From the NCBI GenBank assembly GCA_036785375.1, contig JAWMAR010001838.1:1-64000 (forward strand): DNA of 64,000 nt, read 5' to 3'. The position numbers were made by a program, and so were the translations under genes. Below are positions 52,444 to 63,174 of this stretch, piece after piece. Position 1 is the stretch's first letter. Each line of letters starts with the position of its first letter. The DNA comes from Leucoraja ocellata (lineage: Eukaryota). Under the pieces are notes generated by a model. That model had not been told where the DNA came from. It did not search any database and was given only the letters and a program-made list of their open reading frames with translations.

Positions 52444-52993
52444 GGGATTTGCTCAACATCAGACAGTTTGTTATGTTGCAAGGTTAATAGTGAGATTAAA
52501 CGAGAACTTACCAGTTTGAAGTTTGATCTGTATTTTATGAGGAGTTACGATGAGGGATTACGTGAAGAGCCCGTCCAACACGCATGCGCGACATACTTCA
52601 AAGCAGCGGTGTGGAATCACAGACAGACACAGTAATTGAAATAAACATAGTAAAGAAAAGGAGAGCTTAGATACCAGTTTGATCTCTATTATTGAGGGTG
52701 GGAGCGGAGGGCACGGAATCCCTCATCGTAACTCCTCATAAAATACAGATCAAACTTCAAACTGGTAAGTTCTCGTTTAATCTTATTATTTTACTTCGGA
52801 GTCACGTGAGTGACTACGTGAAGATTTTAAAGCTCTGTGATTTCAAACCGTGTAACAGTTCATACTTCACTCACTGCCGAAGTCACTTGAGGGAGGAAGT
52901 GTGTTATCGTATTCAACCAATGAATCTGTTGTAAAAACAATAATGGTATTTATTAACAATAACAAAAAAACAAATTGCTCCCCCGGGCTTAAA

Positions 52994-53848
52994 TTATATA
53001 TTTGCAGATTGTAATATTTTCTCTGCAAATAAAGCAGGTTTTGCCAACGGCTTATTATAAAAAGTTCTGAACGTTCTTTCCCCAGACCACCCCGCTGTAG
53101 CCAGGATGTGGTCTATTGGTACGGCCATTCTCTTAGCCGCCGACGTGGATGCTGCCCTAGTGGAGTGAGATTTGTACATGTTAGTATTTATACCAGCAGC
53201 TTTCAGCACCTGCTTGAGCCATCCTGAAATGGTTTGGCTCGTCACCCGACCATAAGGTTTCTTGTGGCTGACCCATAAGACTTTTTCACTCCCTCGATGG
53301 ATTTTAGTTGTGTCTATATAGTACAGTAGGTGGGTCATGGCACATAACCGTGGTTCTGGTGGGTAGGCCCGGAATTCCATGACTGGATTTGATGTTCCTG
53401 GCCTGCTCTGTTTGACCAGCCCCTGGATAATAAATGAGGCATGGTCTGGAGTTATGATCATGTTGTCCAGTCGTAAAAGGTGAAGTGACTGGCCTCTTTG
53501 TGCTGACACAAGTGCCATCAGCATGGCCGTCTTCAGTGTTAATTGTTCCAGGGTGAGGGACCTGGCTGGTGACCATCCCCTGAGGTATGTCAGGACAACA
53601 CTGACATCCCAGATATGGGTGTACCTAGGTCTAGGGGGGTTACAGTTGAATATCCCCCTCATGAGTTTGACCACCAGCGGGTGGGACCCCATGGCCTGTT
53701 GTCCTGGTGCCTGTATTAAATAGGCAGACAGAGCATTTCTGGCTGTGTTGATGGCGCTGTAGCTGAGTCCTTCATTGTGGTAAAGGCCTGCCAGGAACTC
53801 CAGTACATTGGTGACTGTTGTGGTTGAATAGGTGGTTCCTGTATCCAA
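52994..53848 (-). CDS. DIRS tyrosine recombinase (N-terminus frameshifted, upstream part to 53979)
   Basis: LSYSAINTARNAL, LTLKTAMLMALVSAQR, K.HSTRAAST, ATAGWS..TF..FY. Confidence 0.92.
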   Translation of the reverse strand: MDTGTTYSTTTVTNVLEFLAGLYHNEGLSYSAINTARNALSAYLIQAPGQQAMGSHPLVVKLMRGIFNCNPPRPRYTHIWDVSVVLTYLRGWSPARSLTLEQLTLKTAMLMALVSAQRGQSLHLLRLDNMIITPDHASFIIQGLVKQSRPGTSNPVMEFRAYPPEPRLCAMTHLLYYIDTTKIHRGSEKVLWVSHKKPYGRVTSQTISGWLKQVLKAAGINTNMYKSHSTRAASTSAAKRMAVPIDHILATAGWSGERTFRTFYNKPLAKPALFAEKILQSANI

Positions 53849-54048
53849 ACAGTATTTCTCCCACTCTTGATACTAGATAAGTACTGTTTCCTTCTGGATA
53901 CACGGTGGGATGCTGTCATGGTGTTGTTGGTGTTTTCTGACAATCCCAGGCCCAGCAAAGGCCTTTTCAAAATCTGCAACCCAGGAGTTCGATTTTATCA
54001 TGGCATGGGTGGCTTCTGCCAGATACTGGGTGGGTTAGCAATTCTGGG

Positions 54049-54383
54049 TTACTGGGAAATGTATGGGGTCTCGACGATCATGTCGAGGAGCACTGAGAAC
54101 CATGGCTGTGTAGGCCAGTCGGGTACTATCAAAATACCTGAAGCATAGTCCATTTGTATTTTGCGTAGTACCCGACTGATGAGGCAGAAGGGAGGAAATG
54201 CATAAAAGAAGAAATTTCCCCAGTCCAGCGCGAACGCATCTACCGCTGCTGCCTCAGGGTCTGGTTCCCAAGCGACATACATAGGAACCTGGTGATTTAG
54301 TCTGGATGCAAATAGATCGATATCTGGCGTACCATAATGCTTGGTAATTTTAGCAAATACTTTGGAATTTAACATCCATTCGG
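54049..54383 (-). pseudogene. DIRS DNA N6-adenine methyltransferase-like domain
   Basis: PDIDLFASRLN..DAFALDW..YAFPPF..LIVPDWPTQPW. Confidence 0.85.
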
Positions 54384-54389
54384 TGTTGT

Positions 54390-54879
54390 GGGTCTGTGGA
54401 CGACGGCGCCGGGAGCCCGCGGCTCCCTGGAGAGAGACCGCTTTTCGGGGCTCTGCAACGGCGACTTCTCCCGCCCGTGTTGCGGGGTCGAAGAGCTCCT
54501 GGAGCGGGGCCTAGCACCATTGCCCCGCGCGGCTGGAACGGCTGCAGGACTTTACGAGCGCACACCGGGGGCTCTAACACCAAGACCCGGTGTGCGACCT
54601 CGCGTGGCTTTAATGGCCGCGGGACAATCGCCATCGCCAGCCGGGGGCTATGACTTTGACTTTGACATCGGGGGGGGGAGAGTGCAGTGGAGAGATAAGT
54701 TTTTTTGGCCTTCCATCACAGCTATGTGATGGATGTTTATGTTAAATGTAATTATGTTGTGACTGGGGTCTATTTGTGTGTAATGTATGGCTGCAGAAAC
54801 GGCATTTCGTTTGGACCTCCAGGGGTCCAAATGACAATTAAATTGACTCTTGACTCTTGACTCTCTTGACTCTTGACTT
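54390..54879 (+). mobile_element. GC-rich non-autonomous retroposon (copy F, 5'-truncated) inside DIRS
   Basis: TSD gtgttgt at 54383-54389 and 54880-54886; (ttgactc)n tail; removing it rejoins SRKFNDNT-EWMLNS. Confidence 0.85.
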
Positions 54880-54886
54880 GTGTTGT

Positions 54887-56400
54887 CATTGAATTTGCGT
54901 GACCTGGTGTCTGCCACTGTATTTAGCTTACCATGCAGGTAAGTTGCTGATAGCCAAATATGTCTGTCGACACACCATTGCCAGATTGTGTTGACCAATT
55001 TGTCGCATGATATCGATTTAATGTCGCCCATATGGTTAATGTAGGCCACCACCGTGGTATTATCTATTTGTAACCAAACATGCAAGTGATGCATATTTGT
55101 TGAATATAGTTTTAATCCATAAAATGCACCCAACATTTTTAGATAATTTATGCCCAGTGTAAGTAGTAACGATGACTGGGTTAGTCCATCTACCACCTGT
55201 GCTGGATATGGAATTAGTTGCTCCCCAGCCTTGAACACTGGCATTTGTTTGGATAACTAATGTAGGGTTAACAATGATGATAGGGCTGGAACTATGCCAA
55301 ATGTTCTCTAGCCACCACTGTAGCTCTGATATTGCTTCAGTGGGTAATTTCATGATCCGGTCAAAATGACCTGCATGTCGTTTTAGTGCCTGCACTTTTG
55401 CTCTTTGTAAGTTTTGATAGTGCAGAGGTCCAAATTGTGTAGCTGGAAATGCTGCTACCATTTTCCCAATTACTCTCGCCACTTGTCGAATGGTTGGTCG
55501 ATCGTTGACCATTAAATTGTTACATGTTTGTGCCAATTCAGCTGTTTTTGTCTTTGGCAAAGTTACAGACATGTGGACTGAGTTAATTGTGAAGCCCAGA
55601 CAGTCCATGGTTGTGGATGGCTTCAACTTAGATTTATCTGGATGTACGACATATCCCAAGGTTTCAAACAATTGTTTGGTAGCTGACACAGCTGATATAG
55701 CCAATTCCATGGTTTTGCCTACTATTAAGATATCATCAAGATATGCCATGACAATATGTTTTGTCTTCTTAATATTGCCAAGGCTGGCTTTAGTATCTCG
55801 GTGAATAATCTTGGGGCTGATGTTAAGCCATTAGGCAACGCTTTAAACTGCCATAGCTGCCCCAGCCAGGTAAATTTCAGGTATCTGCGATGATCCTTAT
55901 GAATGGGTACTCAATAGTAAGCATCTTTGAGGTCAATGCTTGCCATGAAGTATCCTTTCGAAATCAGTTGTTTGGCAGTTACAAACGTTTCCATTTTGAA
56001 ATGTACATATTTAACAAACATATTTAGTGAAGTTAAGTCAATGATGATGCGACACCCACCATATTTTTTAGTTTTAGTGAATATATTAGAGACAAATTCC
56101 AAGGGTTCATGTTTGGTTTTTTCAATGATACCCTTTGTGATTAGCCTCACGAGTTCAGCTTGCCCCTCTCGTTTTTCTTTAACTGAGAGGGAAAAGATCC
56201 TTTGGGGTCAATGCTGAACCGGTGGCAAGTTTTCTAGAGTGAACTCTATTTTGTATCCACGAATGCTGTTGAGTATATACTTGTCATTCGTGATAGACTT
56301 CCATGCTTGCTCAAACAGGTGTAATCTCCCCCCTGTTAGTATAGAGCCCCCACTTTCTATATGCTGGTAGGAACCAGACCCACCTACCTCCATGGTTACG
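54887..56400 (-). pseudogene. DIRS RT and RNase H, frameshifted
   Basis: RIIIDL..LN..FKMET, MASIDLKDAYY, AYLDDILI, LQIDNTTVVAYIN, G.LN..AD..SR. Confidence 0.92.
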
Positions 56401-57680
56401 GGTGTTTCTTCTGCTTCTTTGTCGGATGATGAGTCTTCTGTGTTGTCTGACGTGTTGCTATTGGTTGGGGGTGACGCATTTTCCATGGGGTCTGCTCTGG
56501 GCCTTGGCCTAAAAAAGGCTTGTGATGTGCGGACCCCGCGTTTTCAACAGTCCCATAGGGTAGACGTCGACTGGTGGACGCGGTGGGGTACTGCTGCTTG
56601 GGTTTAGTGGGTTTGCTCGTCCCGGGGCCTGCCCTCATGAGGTCAAATGTTTTGGACTCCTCCTTCATATCTTTTACTTTCTTGGAGAGGTTTTTGCCGA
56701 AGAGCAGGATTTTTGGCTCTGTGGTGGGCGTTTTGCACAAACCCGTGAATTTCGGGTTGAGGACAGGTCTTATAATCTCTTTACGGAGGTTGTTAATTTC
56801 TAACTGGGTATTGCACAGCAGTGCGAGTGTATCCTGCTGATTCGTGGCCATCCACAGAACGAGCATATGAAGTGATGGCTGACGTCAGGAGCCTGAGGAT
56901 CCGCTGTAGTTTGAGCTCTTGATTGCAGATATTTGGCCCAACGTGCCCCTAGATTTGGCTGTTGACAGCCGGCACGTTGAGCGAGGCACAATTCTCAGGG
57001 GCCGAATACAGCTCTAGGGCCTCATTAACTATCTGCTCCTGTAGGGGCTTGAAGGACAGGTAGTTAATGCTGGCCGCCAGTTTTGGCTCTAATGGCTGTC
57101 CTGCAAGTGGAGCTGCCACGTAGCGGTCTACCACACCCAGCAGCTCTTCCTGTTCCAGTACCCCAAGCGTACTCCCGACATCTTCAGCAAGTGACCACTC
57201 TTCTTGACCAGCCCAGCCCTGGTCACCAAAGCTGCCCTCGGATAAGGGGGAAGTGATGGCCAGTGCGTGAGGCACTGTGGCGGGAGTGCCTGAACTCCCT
57301 CTGTGAGACTGCCCCTCTCGAAGCAAGTCTCGCTGGAGCTTATGCTCCACGAGCCGCTCCATGCGGCTCAGACGACTGTCTCTGCCCCGAGCGGGCAGTG
57401 AGACGTCCCCGTCCGAAGAATCGGAAACCACCGGCCAGTTAGTCTTCCGTGCTGCTTTACATCCAGCCCGCTGCTCAGGCTGCGCTAGCGGGACTGGGCT
57501 CGGCACGGTGTCGGGGATGGCGGATCGCTGGGTTAACGGTCCTACCGCCTCTTGCCCCCCCCACTGATGGAACGCTCCTCCGTTGGAGTCGAACGGGGGG
57601 CAGATTTCTTGGATAGTCTTGTTTTGTTCATGTTCTCCCTGTTGAAACAAAACAAAACCCTTCTTTTCCGGAAAAAACAA
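56396..57680 (-). pseudogene. DIRS ORF1 (gag-like), frameshifted
   Basis: ORFs 56949..57680 and 56396..56866 lie between the 5' ITR and RT; PENC..L.VP.VN and LLFG..L segments. Confidence 0.7.
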
Positions 57681-59223
57681 CCTCAGAATAAACTTACCTG
57701 ACGGTCCGTCTTTTTAAACTGTAGCGGGAGCACCTGACTCCCGCTGCGTCGCTGTTGCACTGCGTGAACGCAATGTCGCGCATGCATGCTGGACGGGTTC
57801 TTCACGTAGTCACTCACGTGACTCCAAAGTAAAATTGCAGTATATATCTCTACACTCTGTGTGTCTGTGTGTGTGAGAAAGAGAGAGGGAGAGAGAAATG
57901 TAATTTTATCGGCACTGCCAGAGAGATGAGCTGATAGATTTGCAGGTTTCCAGGTGGGGGAGAATGGCATTGACTCCACTCATATTAATTCCTGCGTATC
58001 TTGTTTGAATAGAAAATCAGAAACCAAACTGAATCCACCCGCGATCCTCGGAGCACGATTATTAACAGCTCAATGTGGAGTTGAATGCCTGTTTTCCTGC
58101 CAGTGGACATGATACTGTAGTGGTAATCTGTTCCACCTATTTTTTGACTCATTGAAGGAAAAGGCTCGTTGCAAGACAATGAGGGTTATTCAACCATGGT
58201 CTAGCTCATTGATTTAATTTTAAAACATTAAAACAGGTACAGCATCCCTAAATGGATTCCCATGTTCCACCAGAAACGTTGGAGCAGTTCTGTACCTGCA
58301 TCTGCAGTGCCTGGACTGTACAAGTGCTCCACAATTCTCATTTGGAAAAGCATCAAGGTTTATGCCTGGATACATGTTTCCAGGTCAAAATATTTAATTG
58401 ACTGTATATATTTAATTGTCCAGGCTGACTTTTGTCATAGCGCCCACCCCGCCTATCGCAAATGCATTCCAATTCCTCGGTAAGCTGCAGGCTGCTGCAT
58501 AGCATTGTTAGTCATTTGCAATACAGGCCTTGCTGGTGTGTACAGCAATGAATTGTGCAGTAATTGCTGGCCGCAAATAACATAATTTAAAAGAGGCAGC
58601 AGAAATGTAGTTTATTGCACACAATTCATTCATTGGGCACAGGTTTAATTGCACATTGTGATACCAGTGCCAAGTTTTGAGGTAAGCCTATTTTTCCCTC
58701 TGTGTAATTTTGTTCAATACTCTTTTACACAATAAATAGATGCAGTTCAGGATGAACTATGACACTGGCAACAATTGGTAATCAGCAGAGCCTGTACCTT
58801 TAAGATAATGGTACTGCACCTTACACCTTAGTCAGTGGGACATCTAGATTGCTGGCAAGTTTCAGTGCCATGAATGCATGATGACATTTGTTTTTTAATT
58901 GCACTATGAAGGTATGTTCACTATAGTACTTCAAACATTACTGATGCCAGGAGCTGAAAGGATAACTGTATACCAACATAAAATGAAGCCACCTTACTTA
59001 ATGTTCTTACTTGTGTTTATTATAATATAATGGGCCTCAGGGTTACATGTAATATTATTGAATATGCAAGATTTGTTTAATCTCTTACAACGCACTCCAA
59101 ATCTTTCCAAGAATTACATTTTTGCACCAAAATTATATTGAAGCAACATGCTGTCAGAATTGTTTATTAATTGTAACAATTTATTATTATACAATGTGCC
59201 CATTATAAAACAACATCTACTAT

Positions 59224-59598
59224 ATCCGCTGTTCTAGGTGTGGACTCCTGTATATTGGCGAGACCAAGTGCATAGTGGGCGATCGTTTTGCTGAACACCT
59301 TTGCCTGGGCCTACACGATCTCCCTTTTGCTAAACGCTTTCACTTCCCCTCCCCTTCCCGTACTGACCTTTCTGTCCTGGGCCACCTCCACTGTCAGAGA
59401 GAGGTCAAACAGTACCTCATATTTTTCTTGGGCAGCTTATGACCCAGTGTATGAATATTGATTTCCCTAACCAAGTAACCCTTGCTTTCCCTCTCTCTCT
59501 GCCCCTCCCCCACCCCAGTTCTACTACTAGGTTCACTGCCATCCTGATTCATTTTACTATTTGTATGCCTTGTTGTCACCTTCCCCTAAGCCAACAAT
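59224..59598 (+). pseudogene. Penelope GIY-YIG endonuclease remnant
   Basis: Translates as IRCSRCGLLYIGETKCIVGDRFAEHL; downstream LIFFLGSL..MNIDF. Confidence 0.8.
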
Positions 59599-60512
59599 GT
59601 ATTGATATTGGTGTATTAGTGTCATGTGTTCTGAGATAGAGTGAAATTGTTTTATGTGCAATTCAAGTGAAACATACCATGCAATAATGCTTTCATGCTA
59701 TACATGAGTTCTACAGTCAAAAAAGAGTATATGAACGAGAATATAGCATTATAGCAGCAGAGAAAGTGAATGTAAAAATGTGCTGGGGTGGTGCAACAAT
59801 GTAGGTGGCGATGATTGCAAATACATCCTCAGAATATGAGAAGTCTTTTCAAATCTGAGAACAGTAGGGAAGAAGCTGTTATTGAGCACATGCTTCCAAG
59901 CTTCAGGTTATTCTGCATAATGGGAGAATGAAGAACAGGGAATGACGGTGTGAGTGGTCCTTGATTGTATTGTAGAAACAAGGATGGCTGATGCTGGTTT
60001 GCAATCAAATGTCAAAATGTTAAAAGAAGGAAGGGTCCTGACCTGAATTGTTACCTATCCATGTTGTCAAAGGATGCTGCCTGCCCTGCTGTGTTACTCC
60101 AGCACTTTGTATCTATTTCCTTGATTATGTTGATTTACGTTGCCTCAGATTATGTTCTGAGGCAAAGTGAAGTATAAGGGCAGTCGATGGGATGGAGGTT
60201 GGTTTGTGTGATGCACTGGGCTGTATCTACTAATGTCTGCAGTTTCTTGCCGTCTTTGGCTGAGCAGTTGTCATACCAACCTGTGATAGGAAGGTTTCTA
60301 AAGTGCATCTGTAGAATTGCCAAATTTCCTTATGGGCTTGTCCCACTTACACAACTTTTTCGGCGACTTACGGCACTAGTCATAGGTCGTTGCAGGTCGC
60401 CAAAAATATTCCACGTTGAAAATCCAGCGGCGACCAGAAAGACGCTACGACTCTTTGGGCGACTGAAGACTCTTTGGGCGACATGTCACGGGGTGAAGCT
60501 TGTATGGTCTTA

Positions 60513-62200
60513 TGGGGCGCCGTCCTGTTTGGCTGCCCAGCCGGCAGCTGACCTTTTTACATCTCTTTTTTTTATTTTTAGTTAGTTGAGTTTTTGTTTT
60601 TCAGAGTTCTAGTCATTTTTATGTGGGCGGGGGGGGGAGGGGGAAACTACTTTCTAAGGTCCCTACCTGGTTAGAGAGGCAGCTTTTCTCCGGGCTGCAC
60701 CTTCGACCCGTCCTCGTGGATTACCATCGGGCCTGGAGCGGCGTTTCCTGAGGGGACTGCCCAGTACCTCGGCTTCGGTGGCGGCACAGCGTTGGAGCGC
60801 TATCGTGGAGCGGGCGATGCCTTGCCCGGGTCGTTGCGCTGGAACTCCGGTCAGCTGAAGACCGCCGATGAAACATTGTGGAGCTGCGGGTCTGTGGAGC
60901 GGCCAGCCGCGGGCGGCGGTGCTGCACTTTACATCGGGAGCATGGGATCTCTCGCCGAGATCGCCAGTGTGTGGAGCTCCGTCCAGCGCGGCCGGTTGGC
61001 TTTGGAAGCCGCGGTCTCCGGTACGGAAGCGGCCATTCCAGGTTTCCCATGCCGCTGAGAGGGTTCTCCCGACGCCGGAGCACCATCATCCGGCGAGAAC
61101 GGCCTGGAACATCGGGCCTCTGTAAAGGCGACTGCGGAGGCCTTAATAGGCCCGACTATGGGTGGACATCAAGATCAAGATTCAAGAGATTCAATTTAAT
61201 TGTCATTTGGACCCCTTGAGGTCCAAACGAAATGCCGTTTCTGCAGCCATACATTACAAACAAATAGACCCAAGACACAACATAATTTACATAAACATTC
61301 ATCACATCGCTGTGATGGAAGGCCAAAAAAACTTATCTCTCCACTGCACTCTTCCCCCCCCCCCGATGTCAGAGTCAAAGTCAAAGCCCTGGCGATGGCG
61401 ATTGTCCCGCGGCCATTAAAGCCACGCCGGGTGATGCGAGGTTGCACACCGGGTCTTGGTGTTAGAGCCCCCAGCTTGCGCTCGCAGAGTCCCGCGGCCA
61501 TTCCAAGCCGCACGGGGCGGTGATGTCAGGCCCCGCTCCAGGAGCTCTTCGACCCCGCAACTCGGGCGGGAGAAGTCGCCATTGCAAGAGCCCTGAAAAG
61601 CGGTCTCCCTCCAGTGACCCGCGGGCTCCCGGTGCCGCCGTCAGCCAGACCCGCAGTTGCAGCCTCCGAATCTCCGGAGGTCGGGCCGCAGCAGCAGCAG
61701 CAGCGCTCCACCACCGCTCCACCCGCTCTGGAGTCGGCCAGCTCCGCGACGGTGACGGTGAGTCGTCGGCACCAGAGTCCCCGGTCTTCTCCTGTTGGAG
61801 GCCGCTCCTCGTTGCAGCCCCAACGACAACGGAGACCCGACAAGAAAAGGTCGGGTCTCCCGTGCAGGGAGAAATTTAAAAGTTACCCCCTTCCTCCCAC
61901 CCCACCCCCACCCCCCCACAAACACACCCCAACAAAAAATAACAAAAACTACATAAAAACATAGACAAAAAATAATAAAAACGCGGACGGGCTGCAGGGG
62001 CCGCTGCTGACGAGAGTCGCACATGGGGATGGGGACTGGACTTTGTGCCTTCCCTCATAATGGGAACCATTGTGGGGGGATGTTTTTTATGTTACATTTC
62101 TTTATTATTGTTATGTTGTTTTCTTTTTTATGTGCTGCATTGGCAATACGCATTTCACTACACCAATTGGTGTATGTGACTAGTAAATAACTTTTTGAAC
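60513..62200 (+). mobile_element. GC-rich non-autonomous retroposon (copy D)
   Basis: ggggcgccg head; 3' gactttgtgccttccctca..catttcactacaccaattggtgtatgtgac. Confidence 0.7.
61170..62020 (-). mobile_element. GC-rich non-autonomous retroposon (copy E), same subfamily as 54390-54879
   Basis: 61190-61645 is a close reverse complement of 54396-54845; head ..agcagcggcccctgcagcccgtc. Confidence 0.82.
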
Positions 62201-62524
62201 CTTATGAACCTTTTGGTCATGAGTAGTCACCCAAAGAGCTATACCTTGTTCTGGTCGCCGCTGGATTTTCAACATGTTGAAAATTTTCGGCGAACTGCAA
62301 CGACCTATGACAGGTGCCAGCAGTCGCCGAAAAAGTCACGTAAGTGGGACGGGCCCAATAGTTGTCGGAGGGCCCAGAGATATTGGTGTGTTTTCAAGGC
62401 CGTATCATCAATGTGGTTGAACCACATTTAAGAACTTGAAGTTCTCGAATATCTGCTCCTTTGATGCAGCCCCACTTCCTGAAGTCCATGACCAACTCCT
62501 TCATTTCTCTGATATTGAAGGAGA

Positions 62525-62614
62525 TAGATACAGAATGCTGGAGTAGCTCAGCGGGACAGGCAGCATCTCTGGAGAGAAGGAATGGGTGATGTTTCGTTTT
62601 GAGACCCTTCTTCA
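62525..62614 (-). mobile_element. Penelope-end insertion
   Basis: Minus strand tgaagaagggtctc..cgaaacatcacccattccttctctccagagatgctgcc. Confidence 0.7.
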
Positions 62615-62919
62615 TGGAGTTCTTGTTGTTTTGACCATACTACTAATCTCTCTTTCTCCTTCCTATACTCTGTCTCAATATTATTTAAAATCCATCCAAC
62701 CAGCCCACTGGTGTTATCTGCAAACTTGTAAATAGAGTTAGAGCAACATTTGGCTGCACAGTCATGAGTATATCGGGTGTATAGTTAGGAGCTTTTATCA
62801 TGTGACTTAACCTTTTTTGAGGCACTGTTTCAAATGCCTTCTAGAGTCCAAATAGAAAACTTTTTCCATCCAATCTAATCTTTTTACTCTAAAAGACTTC
62901 AATAACTTTATCAGACATA

Positions 62920-63174
62920 GTGCCTTGGCCATGGAGTTGCTGCCTTACTGCATCAGAGATCTGAGTTCGATCCTGACTATGGGTGCTGTCTGTAGGGGAT
63001 TTGTACGTTCTCCCTATGACTGCGTGGGGATTTCTGGAGGTGCTCCAGTTTCCTCCCACATGCTTCTGTAAATTGTCCCGAGTGTGCAGGATAGAATTAG
63101 CGTACAGGTGATGGTTGGTCGACACAGACTAGGTGGAAAAGGACCTGTTTCCATGCTCTGTTTCTAAACTAAAC
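62920..63174 (+). mobile_element. V-SINE (HE1-like), diverged
   Basis: gagttgctgcctta..gagttcgatcct B box; parallels 23174-23500. Confidence 0.85.

Larger units (their letters stand above)
52486..57835 (-). mobile_element. Full-length DIRS1-type tyrosine-recombinase retrotransposon (mutated)
   Basis: ITRs (52559-52593 vs 57774-57809); ICR 52717-52824 matches both termini; gag-RT-RH-MT-YR order; AAT at both ends. Confidence 0.95.
60333..62357. mobile_element. Harbinger-like MITE with about 130-bp TIRs, split by nested retroposons
   Basis: 60333-60462 is inverted to 62224-62357; flanks tta / ata. Confidence 0.8.
59600..62790 (-). mobile_element. Old Rex1-like LINE split by nested insertions
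   Basis: Pieces 59600-60330 and 62358-62790; minus strand YTHDCAAK..SNSIYKFADNT and KELVMDFRK. Confidence 0.7.

Noticed and set aside
52994-54375. Prophage integrase/methylase or bacterial contamination
   Set aside because: Both domains lie inside a DIRS element with RT, ITRs and ICR, embedded in vertebrate repeats
60721-62070. Cluster of overlapping GC-rich ORFs (also 48262-48840, 54350-54729, 18390-19113)
   Set aside because: Stop codons are scarce in GC-rich repeats; no domain motifs, and frames are not conserved between related copies
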